From: Armatimonadota bacterium | Lineage (GTDB): Bacteria; Armatimonadota; UBA5829; DSUL01 | Length of the DNA stretch: 64,000 nt | Assembly (NCBI GenBank): GCA_039811685.1 | Contig: JBDHZC010000004.1 | Location: 160,001-224,000, forward strand | Direction: 5' to 3' | Part shown: positions 39,024 to 49,641 of the stretch, piece after piece | Position numbering within the stretch: position 1 is the first letter of the stretch | How the letters are laid out: each line of letters starts with the position of its first letter | Position numbers and translations under genes: made by a program | Notes under the pieces: model-generated | What the model was told of the DNA's origin: nothing | The model's database searches: none | The model's input: the letters and a program-made list of their open reading frames with translations, nothing else

Positions 39024-39153
39024 TGCCGCTCAGTGTTGATCTCTTACTTCAGAATCGGCATCTCAACGGTGAAAATGAAGACCTGACGCATATCCTTCAC
39101 TCGCAACCAGAGCCTGGTCGGCGCACTTGCTGTGCAGCGTGCTACAATCGCCT

Positions 39154-39753
39154 GTGTCAAAGTCGTCTTTACTCCGAACATTCGTAGCTGTTATGCTGCC
39201 GGGAGATCTCCAGCGTACCATCGCAGACGCCGTGCGACCGTTGGAACGTTTACGAACACGTGTTTGTTTGACCAGGAAGGAGAATCTTCATATCACGCTG
39301 AAATTCCTCGGTGACGTATCCGTTGGGAAACTGCAGGAAGTGGCATCTCTGCTCATGCCCGTTGCTGGCCGGCGAGCGCCGTTTGAAATAGAGATTGCCG
39401 GCATTGGCGCTTTTCCCGATGTGGCTCGAGCGCGAATCATCTGGGTGGGGGTTAGTCGGGGCGCACAGGCGCTCAAGCTGCTTTCCCGGGATATTGAGGA
39501 GTCGCTTACGGGCGTCGGGTTTGAGGATGAAGACCGCTTCAAAGCGCACGTCACTGTGGGTCGGATCAGGCACGCCAGCCGGACGCCAGAATTGGAGACA
39601 GAACTGAAAGACCGTATCGGCACACTAGGCGGGTGCCGCGTGAGCGCGTTCTACCTTATGAAGAGCACTTTGGCTTCGGGTGGCTCGGTGTACGAAGTGC
39701 TGGAAGAGTTCCGCCTGAGTGGCGAAGAGCCATCTCCAGAGTTTGCGGGGTAA
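39154..39753 (+). CDS. thpR: RNA 2',3'-cyclic phosphodiesterase (2H family)
   Basis: [14 protein letters not shown] and AHVTVGR (two HxT motifs); lies upstream of recA. GTG 39154 was chosen because it lies just after an extended -10 box. Confidence 0.9.
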   Translation: MSKSSLLRTFVAVMLPGDLQRTIADAVRPLERLRTRVCLTRKENLHITLKFLGDVSVGKLQEVASLLMPVAGRRAPFEIEIAGIGAFPDVARARIIWVGVSRGAQALKLLSRDIEESLTGVGFEDEDRFKAHVTVGRIRHASRTPELETELKDRIGTLGGCRVSAFYLMKSTLASGGSVYEVLEEFRLSGEEPSPEFAG

Positions 39754-39763
39754 AAAACAACAC

Positions 39764-40798
39764 ATGGACAAGGAAAAAGCACTAGAGCTTGCGATAACAC
39801 AGATCGAGCGGCAGTTTGGACGGGGGTCGGTTATGAAGCTGGGACAGCGGCCGCAACTCACCATTGACGCCATTCCTACAGGGTCACTTTCGCTGGATAT
39901 CGCTCTTGGCATCGGTGGGATTCCCAAAGGCCGCATTATTGAGCTTTACGGGCAGGAGTCCTCCGGAAAAACGACGCTTGCCTATCATATCGTCGCTCAG
40001 GCGCAGAAGCGCGGTGGCACGGCAGCTTTTGTTGACGCCGAGCACGCCGTCGACCCTCTCTATGCAGCCAATCTTGGAGTGGACATCGACAATCTGCTCA
40101 TTTCTCAGCCGGATACCGCCGAGCAGGCGCTGGAGATTGTGGACGCGCTGGTGCGCAGCGGCGCTGTGGACGTTGTAGTTCTGGATTCTGTCGCTGCTCT
40201 CGTCCCGAAAGCGGAGATTGAAGGTGAGATGGGGGACTCGCACGTCGGTTTGCAGGCGCGTCTGATGTCGCAGGCCATGCGCAAGATTGGCGGATCGTGC
40301 GCCAAGACCAACACTGCTGCGATCTTCATCAACCAGATTCGAGAGAAAATCGGCGTTATGTTTGGCAATCCGGAGACGACACCTGGCGGTCGCGCGCTGA
40401 AGTTCTGGGCTTCGGTGCGTCTTGAGGTGCGGCGAATCGAGACGCTGAAGTCGGGTACGGAGCCTATTGGTAACCGAGTGCGCGTCAAAGTCGTGAAGAA
40501 CAAAGTCGCTGCGCCGTTCAAGCAGGCGGAATTTGACGTCTTCTTCCAGAAGGGAATTTCGCGGGAAGGGTCACTTCTGGACGTCGGCGTAGATCAGGGA
40601 CTCGTCACCAAGACGGGCACGTGGTTCAACTACGGTGAGGTTCGGCTCGGCCAGGGACGCGACAATTCGCGTTCTTATCTTGAGCAGAATCCGGAGATCG
40701 CCGACGAGCTGGAGAGCAAAATTCGCAGTGCGATCACCAGTACAGCAGTTCCCGTGGCCGAAGAGGAAGAGGAAGAACTGGAGCCTCTTGAAGTCTAG
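39764..40798 (+). CDS. recA: Recombinase RecA
   Basis: [29 protein letters not shown] and [14 protein letters not shown] motifs. Confidence 0.99.
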   Translation: MDKEKALELAITQIERQFGRGSVMKLGQRPQLTIDAIPTGSLSLDIALGIGGIPKGRIIELYGQESSGKTTLAYHIVAQAQKRGGTAAFVDAEHAVDPLYAANLGVDIDNLLISQPDTAEQALEIVDALVRSGAVDVVVLDSVAALVPKAEIEGEMGDSHVGLQARLMSQAMRKIGGSCAKTNTAAIFINQIREKIGVMFGNPETTPGGRALKFWASVRLEVRRIETLKSGTEPIGNRVRVKVVKNKVAAPFKQAEFDVFFQKGISREGSLLDVGVDQGLVTKTGTWFNYGEVRLGQGRDNSRSYLEQNPEIADELESKIRSAITSTAVPVAEEEEEELEPLEV

Positions 40799-40969
40799 CT
40801 TTGCTCGATATTGCCTGCCTGTGAAGGGTCGCTCTCTTCGCTCGTATCCAGGAAGCGAGGACGTTTCTCGAGGAAGGAACCGGCGCCCGTCATCGCAAAG
40901 ACTTCTTGGGCTCTACTGTTCAGATTTGGGTAGATTGCGCGGTGGCCTGGAAAGCCGTCTGGGAAGGCA

Positions 40970-41752
40970 ATGATAGTCCTGATAGTTGGAGATATCGTCG
41001 GTCGGCCTGGACGGCGGGCCTTGTCCGAAACTCTGCCGGGACTGGTTGAGGAGTTCTCGCCCGATTTTGTGATAGCCAACGGAGAAAACGCGGCCGGTGG
41101 GTCTGGCATTACGCGAGAGACAGCAGCGCCGTTGTTTTCCGCTGGCGTCCACGTACTGACGATGGGCAATCACGTGTGGAATCACCGTGAGGCAATCCCT
41201 TACATCGAAGAGGACACCAGGATTGTCCGTCCGGCCAACTTCCCGTCAGGCTCGCCGGGGCGGGGAGCAAACGTGTTTGTAGCCCGGGACGGGGTGAAGG
41301 TCGCGGTTATCAATCTTCAGGGTCGCACTTTTATGCAGCCCATTGATGACCCGTTTCGAACCGGATCACAGCTCATTGAGACGCTCAGTCAGCAGGCGGA
41401 TGTCATCATTGTGGATTTTCACGCTGAGGCTACCTCGGAGAAGATGGCCTTCGCGCATTATGTGGACGGCGGGGTTGCCTGTGTTTATGGAACACATACG
41501 CACGTGGCGACGGCTGACGAAGGGGTGCTGCCGCGGGGCACCGCATACATCACAGATATCGGCATGACCGGGCCTTCGCAGTCAATTATCGGAATGCGCC
41601 CGGATGAAATTATTGAGCGCTTCGTTACGGGGCTCCCAAAGCGTTATGAGGTGGCGGGAGGGCCCACGATGCTGAATGGAATAGTGCTGGACATTGATGA
41701 GTCCAAGGGTCTGGCCCGCTCGATCCAGCGCGTACGCAGAGATGGATCTTAG
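40970..41752 (+). CDS. ymdB: YmdB-like metallophosphoesterase (TIGR00282-type)
   Basis: GDIVG, NGEN, TMGNH, DFHAEATSEK, GTHTH and TDIGMTG motifs. Confidence 0.92.
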   Translation: MIVLIVGDIVGRPGRRALSETLPGLVEEFSPDFVIANGENAAGGSGITRETAAPLFSAGVHVLTMGNHVWNHREAIPYIEEDTRIVRPANFPSGSPGRGANVFVARDGVKVAVINLQGRTFMQPIDDPFRTGSQLIETLSQQADVIIVDFHAEATSEKMAFAHYVDGGVACVYGTHTHVATADEGVLPRGTAYITDIGMTGPSQSIIGMRPDEIIERFVTGLPKRYEVAGGPTMLNGIVLDIDESKGLARSIQRVRRDGS

Positions 41753-41866
41753 GACAGCAGGAACCGACCGCTCGGATCCGGACGTCCAAATGACAGTGAA
41801 GGGCGGACACTGGGCGTCACCGAATCTCTTACCATTACTAGAATCAGCCCGGCAAGGACCAAAGCT

Positions 41867-42829
41867 TTGAGTAAAACGATAAAACGGATAGCAGTACTTC
41901 GAACAGCGCTCGTTGCGAGCTTGCTGACGCTGGGCTTCTCTGCCTGCGGAACTGCTCGTGAGCTTTCCATCTACTCGGGCCAGAGTCTGGCGACGGAGGG
42001 CATATCGCTGCATTCATGGGGAAGCGGTGTGTTTGAAGAGGATGACAAGACTGGATTCGACAGCACGCACAGTATCCAGATCACTTCTCCGAGTCTGTTT
42101 GCTGGGGCCTTTTTGACGCTGCGCGAACCTGTCCAGATCGCCGATCCCGCCACAATCACACAATTTGACTACATTGAAGTCACAGTCAAGTTCAAAACCA
42201 CAACTCAGATCGGTCTCAGTCCGTCGGGTGGCGCTCCAACCGCAACCGTCACTTATCAGCCTTTTCCTCTGGATATAGTGGGTGGCAACTACGATTATGA
42301 TGAGCTTCCGCAGGTGCCGAGAGCGCGCAATCTGAAGATGATTATGTACTCGGAGGATGGTCGTGCCCTGGAGCACACAGAGCCGATTGTGCTCAAACCG
42401 AATGATGAAGAGGGCTGGATTGGCGTGGCTTTTCCGCTGGCCGCGTTCGGATTGACTGCCGACTCCGGTGGGTTCAAACTCTCGAAACTCGCGCTGTCCT
42501 GCGACTACCCTGACACTTTCTGGGTCGGGCAGATTCACATTATCACTGACAGCAGCCCTATCTTCGTCGAGTCTCTCGGAGGGTCTGAAAGCGTGGCTCC
42601 CTACGACGCGCTGGTGTTCAAAGCAAACGCGGAGGCCGGTCACACCGCGCTTCTCTACTCATGGGACTTCAACGCCAAAGATGGGATTCAGGAAGACGCT
42701 ACGGGACCCTATGCCAGCGTCAGCTACAGCACTCCTGGTGAGTACACGATCACACTGACTGTCAGTGATCCGGATGGCCTCAAGAAGCCTGCGTCAGTAA
42801 AAACGACTGTGGAGGTCACCGGCTCCTGA
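41867..42829 (+). CDS. Lipoprotein with C-terminal PKD domain
   Basis: Lipobox FSA|C; YSWDF...YSTPGEYTITLTVSD PKD signature. Confidence 0.8.
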   Translation: MSKTIKRIAVLRTALVASLLTLGFSACGTARELSIYSGQSLATEGISLHSWGSGVFEEDDKTGFDSTHSIQITSPSLFAGAFLTLREPVQIADPATITQFDYIEVTVKFKTTTQIGLSPSGGAPTATVTYQPFPLDIVGGNYDYDELPQVPRARNLKMIMYSEDGRALEHTEPIVLKPNDEEGWIGVAFPLAAFGLTADSGGFKLSKLALSCDYPDTFWVGQIHIITDSSPIFVESLGGSESVAPYDALVFKANAEAGHTALLYSWDFNAKDGIQEDATGPYASVSYSTPGEYTITLTVSDPDGLKKPASVKTTVEVTGS

Positions 42830-42892
42830 ATTCCGGGTGCGGACAACTCTCAGAGCGCTTTAGCGAGCGGTTGTGTGGCCGGAGTTGCGTGG

Positions 42893-44068
42893 CTACGGTG
42901 CGGACGCACTGGAAGAAGTCTGCAGCTCGGAAGACCAGTAGGTGTTGCTGAAGATGGCATTCAGGGTGTCCAGACTGTCGTTCTGCGGTTTGTGCTTTTC
43001 CACTCCGGTTCGGCTGATGTCCCCGACGAAAGCAATCTGCGTTGTGGTGCCAGTGTGATCGCTCGGTAGTTCTGTATCCACCCGCACCGTGATATTGTCA
43101 ACGTTCCTGTCGGCCATCAGCGCTCCTCCCGCAACTCCCAGAGCGCTTTCCAGAATGGCTTTTCTGGTCTGCGAGGGCTGCACGTGAACCGTTACAAATA
43201 CGCGGTTGTCGCGCGGGTCGGCGACAACACTGCGAAGCGCGGCTTTGCCGCCCTGAAAGACGTCGGCTCTCTGCAGATTTCGGGCGAACTGCTGTTCAAC
43301 AGGCCTCGGGGCCACAACTGTTCCTGGCGCTGAGGGCTCAATGACAGAGCCTGTCGCGGAGCCAACAACCTGCGGAGCGGAAGTGCGGCCCTGGGGCACC
43401 GGGCTGGCCTGTGTGACAGAGCTTGATGGAACTTGCGGCGCTTCGCGCGCAGCACTGGCCGGTTGAGTCGCCGCCCCCTGTCTGAGTGGCTCCGTGGGGA
43501 GCCTGCGGTCGCGAGATCGGCTGACCATTGCGGCCAGCACAATGAGCGCAAACAGACAGACACCAGCTATCAGGACAATGTTTCTCACAGTTCCGTAACC
43601 TGCGCTCTGAACAAAGGAGTCGAGCTTCCCCTGTGGATCAGGATTGGCGGCCACCGCTGCGCCTGCTGCGGAGGTCTGGACACGTATGCTCTGCGCTTTT
43701 TGGAGCATCTCGGCACGCTCAGCCTTGCTCTTTACGCTCACGTTCTGTGGCTCAATGTCCAGCGCCATCTGGTACCATACGGCCGCATCCTTGTAGCGGT
43801 CCTGGTTCATAAAGATATCGCCCATTAGAGCGTGCGCGCCCGCATCCTCGGGAGCGATGGCCAGCGCGTCCCTGCAGACTTCCTCGGCTTCAGTGAACTG
43901 CCGCCTGGTGCGCAGCAGGTTTGCGGACACGAGCAGGGCTGTCAGGTCATGGTCCTGCGGCTCCGTGTTTCCCATTGCGGGCGCAACGGCGCCGCAATGC
44001 GGACAGAACTTCGCGGCCGGATCCACCTGTGCGCCGCATGAAGCACAGCGTACCGTTGCTGAACTCAT
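42893..44068 (-). CDS. Zinc-ribbon/TPR single-pass membrane protein
   Basis: CASCG...KFCPHCG, TPR helices, one TM segment, a Pro/Ser-rich linker and a C-terminal globular domain. Confidence 0.8.
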   Translation of the reverse strand: MSSATVRCASCGAQVDPAAKFCPHCGAVAPAMGNTEPQDHDLTALLVSANLLRTRRQFTEAEEVCRDALAIAPEDAGAHALMGDIFMNQDRYKDAAVWYQMALDIEPQNVSVKSKAERAEMLQKAQSIRVQTSAAGAAVAANPDPQGKLDSFVQSAGYGTVRNIVLIAGVCLFALIVLAAMVSRSRDRRLPTEPLRQGAATQPASAAREAPQVPSSSVTQASPVPQGRTSAPQVVGSATGSVIEPSAPGTVVAPRPVEQQFARNLQRADVFQGGKAALRSVVADPRDNRVFVTVHVQPSQTRKAILESALGVAGGALMADRNVDNITVRVDTELPSDHTGTTTQIAFVGDISRTGVEKHKPQNDSLDTLNAIFSNTYWSSELQTSSSASAP

Positions 44069-44070
44069 TC

Positions 44071-44520
44071 TTAGACTCCCGTGTGGCCGAAGCCGCCCTC
44101 ACTCCTGCACGAACTTGACAACTCTACAGTCTCTTCTATAACCGCCTGTGTTACGGGTGCGATCACGAGTTGAGCTATCCGGTCACCGCGCTGAATGTCA
44201 AAGGGCTCTTTGCCAAGATTGATGACAATTATTTTGACTTCGCCCCGGTAGTCCGCGTCAATCGTTCCCGGTGTATTGACCAGCGAGATACCGTGCCGCA
44301 GCGCCAATCCACTGCGCGGGCGCACCTGGCCTTCAAAGCCCGGAGGAATCTCAAATCTAAAGCCTGTTGGCACCAGCGCTCTCTCACCGGGTAGAAGCGT
44401 CAGGACATGTTCAACCGCAGCTGCCAGGTCCATCCCACTCGACAGCTCCGTAGCGTAGGCGGGAAGCGGCAGGTCCGCCGCACCCTCCATTCTGGTAACC
44501 TGGATTGTCACGCGCGCCAT
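44071..44520 (-). CDS. dut: dUTP diphosphatase
   Basis: [23 protein letters not shown] and [10 protein letters not shown] motifs. Confidence 0.97.
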   Translation of the reverse strand: MARVTIQVTRMEGAADLPLPAYATELSSGMDLAAAVEHVLTLLPGERALVPTGFRFEIPPGFEGQVRPRSGLALRHGISLVNTPGTIDADYRGEVKIIVINLGKEPFDIQRGDRIAQLVIAPVTQAVIEETVELSSSCRSEGGFGHTGV

Positions 44521-44587
44521 ATTCATCTCTGCTAACTTATACACCAGTTACCAGCCAGCGCGCATGTTGGTCCCGATTGTGCCAGGA

Positions 44588-46327
44588 CTAGCTTGTCGCC
44601 TCTTCCTGTTCAGAAGCAAACTGGGGCGGCACGAGGGGCAGCGTGAAGATGAACTTTGACCCCTTCCCAACTTCGCTCTCGATCCAAATCTGCCCTCCAT
44701 GCGCCTCAACCAGGTGCTTCACGAGGAAGAGTCCAATACCGGTGCCATAGATTTCCCGCGTATCCCGCGTGTCAACACGGTGGAATCGATCGAAGACTTT
44801 GGCCATGTGTTCTTTCGGAATGCCAATGCCCTGGTCTTCTACGCCGATCTGGACCATGCCATCCAACTGCTGACCCCGGATTGTCACCGTCCCACCGTCC
44901 GGCGAGTATTTGATCGCGTTGTTAGTCAGGTTGGTCAATATCTGGTCCACCTTATCTTCATCCGCCACGATAGTGGGAAGGCCTTCTATGCCCGCCATAA
45001 CTAGCTCGTGGTTGTGAGCGTAGGAACGCTGGGCGTTGACAACCTTTTCGACAAGTGAAGGAAGCTCGACAGGCTTCGGGTTGAGGTCCAGCGCACGCCC
45101 TGCTTCAATGCGCGAAACGTTTAGCAGATCAGAGATCAGTCGCGTCAGGCGATCGCATTCCTGATCGATAATCTCCAGAAACTCTCGCGTCGTGGCCTGG
45201 TCGTAGTAGCCTTCTGTGTCTGCCAGGAGTGTCGATACAAAGCCTTTTATAGATGTCAGCGGAGTCCTGAGCTCGTGTGAGACAGTGGAGACAAACGCAG
45301 TCTTCATACGCTCAACGCCGCGAATCTCAGTAATATCGTTGAAAATCGCGACTGCCCCAATAGTGGAGCCATCTTCGGAGCGCACAGGCGTGCTCTGCGC
45401 CTGGAAGACGCGCGGCTCTTCGCCCGGAGGTCCCGGCAGGTCTATTTCTCCCGCCGTGTCCTGTCCTTCCTTCAGGGACGTCAGCAGCATTTCCTTGATG
45501 CTGTCAATCTTGATCGCGTTCTCAAAGCTCTCTTTGGCCAGCTCGGATTTCTCCAGCCCCAGCATGTGTTTTGCGGACTGGTTGATCTGTGTGATGCGTC
45601 CATTTGCGCTGACCATAATCAGTCCCGCGTAAACGCTCTCAATGATCTGCTCGAGCTCTTCCTTCTCTTCGACAACCTCGCGGTAGAGCTGGGCGCTGGC
45701 AACAACGGCGGCGGCGTTCTTGGCCATCAGCTCCAGCAGCTTGACGTCCTCTTCGATAAACACATTGCCATAGCGCTTATTGAAGACGTGCAGCACGCCG
45801 ATGGTCGTGGTATCAATGACCCTGTTCTCAGCGTCCCGTTTCTCGACGACGAGCGGGACGCACACTCCGTTTCGCACATTCAGAAGCGCAACATTCTCTT
45901 TGAGAGTGCGCGGGTCGTTGACGGCATCGTAGAGAATCTCCGGCTTGCTTTCGCGGAAGACCTGTCCGGAGATACCAGTAGTCGCCCGCACGCGGAAGCG
46001 CTTGAGCTCCTCATCCGTGAGCCCGAGCGCCGGTTTCGTTGCCACAAGTTCGCCGGATTCCTTGTCAAACAGCATGAACACGCACTTTTCAGCCTGAAGC
46101 ATCATTGAGATGCGGCTGTTCATGCGGTTGAGGATCTCTTCAAGCTCGGTAATTGGAGCTGACGCTTCGGAAGCTTCGGAGACGCTGCGGACTTTTGCCT
46201 CAAGTTCCTTGTTTGCGTCTTCGAGGATCTTTATATATCCTCGCTTCTTCTCAAGCTCCTCTGTGAGCAGGCGAATCTGCTCCTGGGCGTCAATGGTGGT
46301 GGTATGTGGTGTGTTTTCTACGCTCAA
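44588..46327 (-). CDS. Cytoplasmic sensor histidine kinase (coiled coil-GAF-PAS-HisKA-HATPase)
   Basis: GAF ending [32 protein letters not shown] and GTGIGL motifs; no TM. Confidence 0.93.
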   Translation of the reverse strand: MSVENTPHTTTIDAQEQIRLLTEELEKKRGYIKILEDANKELEAKVRSVSEASEASAPITELEEILNRMNSRISMMLQAEKCVFMLFDKESGELVATKPALGLTDEELKRFRVRATTGISGQVFRESKPEILYDAVNDPRTLKENVALLNVRNGVCVPLVVEKRDAENRVIDTTTIGVLHVFNKRYGNVFIEEDVKLLELMAKNAAAVVASAQLYREVVEEKEELEQIIESVYAGLIMVSANGRITQINQSAKHMLGLEKSELAKESFENAIKIDSIKEMLLTSLKEGQDTAGEIDLPGPPGEEPRVFQAQSTPVRSEDGSTIGAVAIFNDITEIRGVERMKTAFVSTVSHELRTPLTSIKGFVSTLLADTEGYYDQATTREFLEIIDQECDRLTRLISDLLNVSRIEAGRALDLNPKPVELPSLVEKVVNAQRSYAHNHELVMAGIEGLPTIVADEDKVDQILTNLTNNAIKYSPDGGTVTIRGQQLDGMVQIGVEDQGIGIPKEHMAKVFDRFHRVDTRDTREIYGTGIGLFLVKHLVEAHGGQIWIESEVGKGSKFIFTLPLVPPQFASEQEEATS

Positions 46328-46406
46328 ATTTCAGGCTCCAGCGCCCGGCCCATCCACGGGTCCCGGCGTGCGCGGGTACAACTTCCCTGCGCTCATCAGG
46401 TGTTGT

Positions 46407-46637
46407 CTACGCGTTCCCCAGCTTGTGAGCGGCCGACTTGCGCTCGATACAGGTGGGACGTCCATCTGTACTGCAGTCACGCTCTGCTGCTCTCACGCGT
46501 ACATTATTGGCAAATCTCATTGTGAACTGACTGCGAAAGGACGGCTTGCCAAGTTGGGCCGCCTCTGGCCAGTTTTCAAATACTGTTTGATAGACGCGGC
46601 CAGGTGTGCGTGTGTTCAACTCCTTCTCATCACTCAT
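46407..46637 (-). CDS. Small hypothetical protein (76 aa)
   Basis: AAAGAGGT RBS before ATG 46637; same strand as and upstream of the kinase; no recognisable motif. Confidence 0.45.
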   Translation of the reverse strand: MSDEKELNTRTPGRVYQTVFENWPEAAQLGKPSFRSQFTMRFANNVRVRAAERDCSTDGRPTCIERKSAAHKLGNA

Positions 46638-46773
46638 TATTTTGACCTCTTTCACTCTGTAATGACTACCTGAAAGTCACTCCAGCAATCGTGCCCGGCA
46701 TTAGCGCCTTGTGCAAGCATGCAGGGGAGTGATATGATAGGTGCCGTAGAGAAAACTTGAGAGGAGGCACTTG

Positions 46774-46923
46774 ATGTTACTTCGCCAGAAAGAACTGCGC
46801 CGTCGCCGCAAACGCGCCCTGGAGCGCTACAAAGCTCGAGCGCGACAGCAGAGTCCAGAGCAACCCAAGCCCACCGCTAAGAGTAGATCGACAAAGCGGA
46901 CGAAAGATCAGAGTAGCGCCTGA
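46774..46923 (+). CDS. Small highly basic protein (49 aa, not in ORF track)
   Basis: GAGGAGG RBS; sequence MLLRQKELRRRRKRALERYKARARQQSPEQPKPTAKSRSTKRTKDQSSA; extended -10 TGATATGAT upstream. Confidence 0.7.
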   Translation: MLLRQKELRRRRKRALERYKARARQQSPEQPKPTAKSRSTKRTKDQSSA

Positions 46924-46962
46924 CCGAGCATAGATGGATCGCTGCGGCGATTCCAGTTCCGG

Positions 46963-47172
46963 TCAGATCTGTCGAGGCTCCTCTGTGGAGCCTCCTTTTT
47001 CCTGTTGGCTGCCGGAAGCGTCTTGCTCGGGAGTCAGAGTCCTCGCCTTACATACGCCGCCGCAACTGATACACCTGGGCCCCTCGTATTCCAGGCACTG
47101 CATAAGGCCGCAGTCACGGCAGACGACGGGAGTGATCACGGAATGCCAGCAGATAGGGCAGGCTACTTGCAA
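46963..47172 (-). CDS. Small Cys-rich putative zinc-binding protein
   Basis: CPIC, CRDC and CISC plus two more Cys; AAGGA RBS before TTG. Confidence 0.6.
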   Translation of the reverse strand: MQVACPICWHSVITPVVCRDCGLMQCLEYEGPRCISCGGVCKARTLTPEQDASGSQQEKGGSTEEPRQI

Positions 47173-47251
47173 GACAGGATATCCTTTTAGTCGTAGAGTA
47201 CTGGAGGCATATTACCGCAAGCTGTACAGGCCGCGCAACCGTCGCCAGCCT

Positions 47252-47920
47252 CTAGGCAGGCGAGGTCTCTGAGGAATCCTCAGCATGGGTGAACGCTCGT
47301 AACGGTGCTTCCCGTGGCACGCTTACGCGCAGAACCAGCACGCTGAGCGCCAGACCCGCTAAGCGCCACACGACATGTCCCCACGAAATCTTGTCCGCGT
47401 CCGCAGAGGCAGTGCTGAGCGTGAAGCATCCGCAGTCAATATCCAGTCCACGCATCAGTGCGCTTGCCATGGCGATGGAGAACGTCAGATAGAGAATGGC
47501 GCTCACCAGCGCCGCTCCTCGCGTTACCAGCCCGAGAATGAGAAGTACGCCAGTTACAAACTCCACCCAGACCAGCGAGATCGTGAAGACGTTCACCAGA
47601 GCTCTTGGAAGAAGGCGGTAGTTTTCTACCTTGTTGGCAAAGGGCTGCGGGTCAAAGAGCTTGTTGTAGCTGGCGTAGATGAAAATCACGCCAAGCATCA
47701 AGCGCAGGGCGAACACGACGGCCTTCCTGCCAGCCAGCGCCGCACCCAACAGCACTGCGATCAGCAGCGCGAGCTGGAAAGGTTTGGAGAGATAGGCGCC
47801 TATCCTGTCTGACCCTCCCGCGAGTCCTCCGGATTGCCATTCTAGCGCCACGCGAATCGCCAGCGCTGCCAAAGCCACGGCCATCACCGCACAACCGGCT
47901 CTCGCGCGACCTGCGCTCAA
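47252..47920 (-). CDS. MauE/DoxX family membrane protein
   Basis: RLMLGVIFIYASYNKLFDP..F, VEFVTG and RGLDIDCGCF motifs. Confidence 0.85.
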   Translation of the reverse strand: MSAGRARAGCAVMAVALAALAIRVALEWQSGGLAGGSDRIGAYLSKPFQLALLIAVLLGAALAGRKAVVFALRLMLGVIFIYASYNKLFDPQPFANKVENYRLLPRALVNVFTISLVWVEFVTGVLLILGLVTRGAALVSAILYLTFSIAMASALMRGLDIDCGCFTLSTASADADKISWGHVVWRLAGLALSVLVLRVSVPREAPLRAFTHAEDSSETSPA

Positions 47921-48390
47921 GGCGCGGCTCCCTCAGACACTGGCATGCTTCGCTCGTTCACCCAACTGTTATAACCATCTCTGTAGTAGGTTACGTGCTT
48001 CCAGCCGTGTTGCAGGAGGTAGCCGCTGACCTTTTTTGACAGATCACAGCTCTCTGACTCGTCACAGTAGACGATGACAGGCTGATCCTTTGGGATGCGC
48101 TTCTCGATGGACGGCAAATACTTCTCACGCTCCTCCCACGGCAGAAGAAGCGCTCCCTGAATATGCCCCGTTTCATATTCGACTCTGGGTCGCGCATCCA
48201 CAAACACAGCCTTGTGTTCGTCAAAGGCCGCGGCGGCCTCTTCGAACGCAATCGCTTTGGCCGCTTTGGGGAGTGGAGGAGTCACCAGAGGGATGCCCTT
48301 AGGAGCCGCAGCGTTGGCGATTAACCCCACCGCTGAGGCCCCCAGAACAATGAGAATCGCAGAACCGAAGACTGAGCCAGCACGGCGCAT
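47917..48390 (-). CDS. Membrane-anchored rhodanese-like domain protein
   Basis: VDAR..EY..GHIQGA, IVYCDESESC and GYNSW motifs; N-terminal TM. Confidence 0.88.
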   Translation of the reverse strand: MRRAGSVFGSAILIVLGASAVGLIANAAAPKGIPLVTPPLPKAAKAIAFEEAAAAFDEHKAVFVDARPRVEYETGHIQGALLLPWEEREKYLPSIEKRIPKDQPVIVYCDESESCDLSKKVSGYLLQHGWKHVTYYRDGYNSWVNERSMPVSEGAAP

Positions 48391-48475
48391 CAGACTACCT
48401 CAGCTTTCGCGACACAGCTTCGTGGTCGTGCATCGAGTCGAAATGACCTGAATCTCCTGTCACGCCGGAGAGATT

Positions 48476-49180
48476 CTAGCTAGACGCCAGCGTGCCGGTG
48501 ACCGTCTGCACGACAGGAGCGCCGTTGGCCTCGTTGGAGCGAATCAATATGCTTTCATAGACGCGGCCGGAGTTCGTGCCGTTGTTCTTTACGGTCACTT
48601 TGATTTCCCACGCGCCCTTCTCCGAGCCGTGTTTCACCGGCTTACCGAGAGTAATGAAGTTGGCCTGAGTCTCGGCGCTGGTAACCCAGATTTTGGCCGG
48701 ATTGCTGGATTTGACAATTATCGTCTGCTGAAAGGTCTTGCCTGGTTTGAGGGTTCCGAAGTTCACGCGCTGGGGGAATACATCGAGCGGCGGCTGGATC
48801 AGGCCCGCTGCCGTAAGCGAAACAGTGCCGTTCTGTGGATCATTTGTCTCCACTGTGATGCTCTTCATCACTTTGCCGCGGTAGCCAGCGGAGTTGAATA
48901 CGGCTGTGATCTTGGCAGACTTGCCCGGCGCTATTGTTTTTGTGGATGCCTGTGCGTTGGTGCACCCGCAAGAGGTGCGAACGTTGTTGATTGTCAGAGT
49001 CTGATCGCCTGTGTTCTTGAAGTCCCAGACGAGATTCACTTTGGCGCCCTGAGGCTCTTTTCCCCAGTCGTACTTCGTGTTTGAGAAAGCAATCTTGGGG
49101 GCGGCTGAAGCCATGGAGGCGCTTAGAGCCACCACAACGGCAAATGCAGCCACAAGACCACTGTATCTGTGCATTCTCAT
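48476..49180 (-). CDS. Secreted DUF1573 domain protein
   Basis: Signal peptide; FKNTGDQTLTI..V.TSCGCT motif; second Ig-like domain. Confidence 0.85.
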   Translation of the reverse strand: MRMHRYSGLVAAFAVVVALSASMASAAPKIAFSNTKYDWGKEPQGAKVNLVWDFKNTGDQTLTINNVRTSCGCTNAQASTKTIAPGKSAKITAVFNSAGYRGKVMKSITVETNDPQNGTVSLTAAGLIQPPLDVFPQRVNFGTLKPGKTFQQTIIVKSSNPAKIWVTSAETQANFITLGKPVKHGSEKGAWEIKVTVKNNGTNSGRVYESILIRSNEANGAPVVQTVTGTLASS

Positions 49181-49374
49181 CTAATCTTATCTCCTGTAGT
49201 TCACATACGCGCCTGACAGAGTTCTCTGCGCAAAATGTAGTCAACCGGGCGCGCGCAATGCTATCCTATATACGCACAAAGAACCGGAATCTCTCCCTCC
49301 GGCCGAAAATGCCCGTATTTCTATCAGGCTAGCACAGGCTCAGTTGCCTCGTCAATGCATCAAGCCTGACAAGA

Positions 49375-49403
49375 TTGACAGGCTATCTTCCGGGGATTAT
49401 ACT
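49375..49403 (+). promoter_or_regulatory. sigma70-type promoter for the ABC/TPR operon
   Basis: TTGACA (49375-80), 17 nt, TATACT (49398-403). Confidence 0.75.
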
Positions 49404-49641
49404 CCCCAAGCAAGGGATAGCAAGCCGCAGAACACCATCTGAACACGCTGATAGCGTCCGGTTGGTAGATGGCTTTCGGCGCTCGAGAACTTTGTTCCGT
49501 GTTTTCCCGTAAACCAATTGGGACTTCATCGTGCCCAGCGGTGCTGTTGAATCCCATATCACCGCCCGGAGCGTTCTGACAGGCGCATTGTTGCGCCAGA
49601 GGACAGCCGGGTGTGAGCACACTGAGGCGTTATACGATTCT

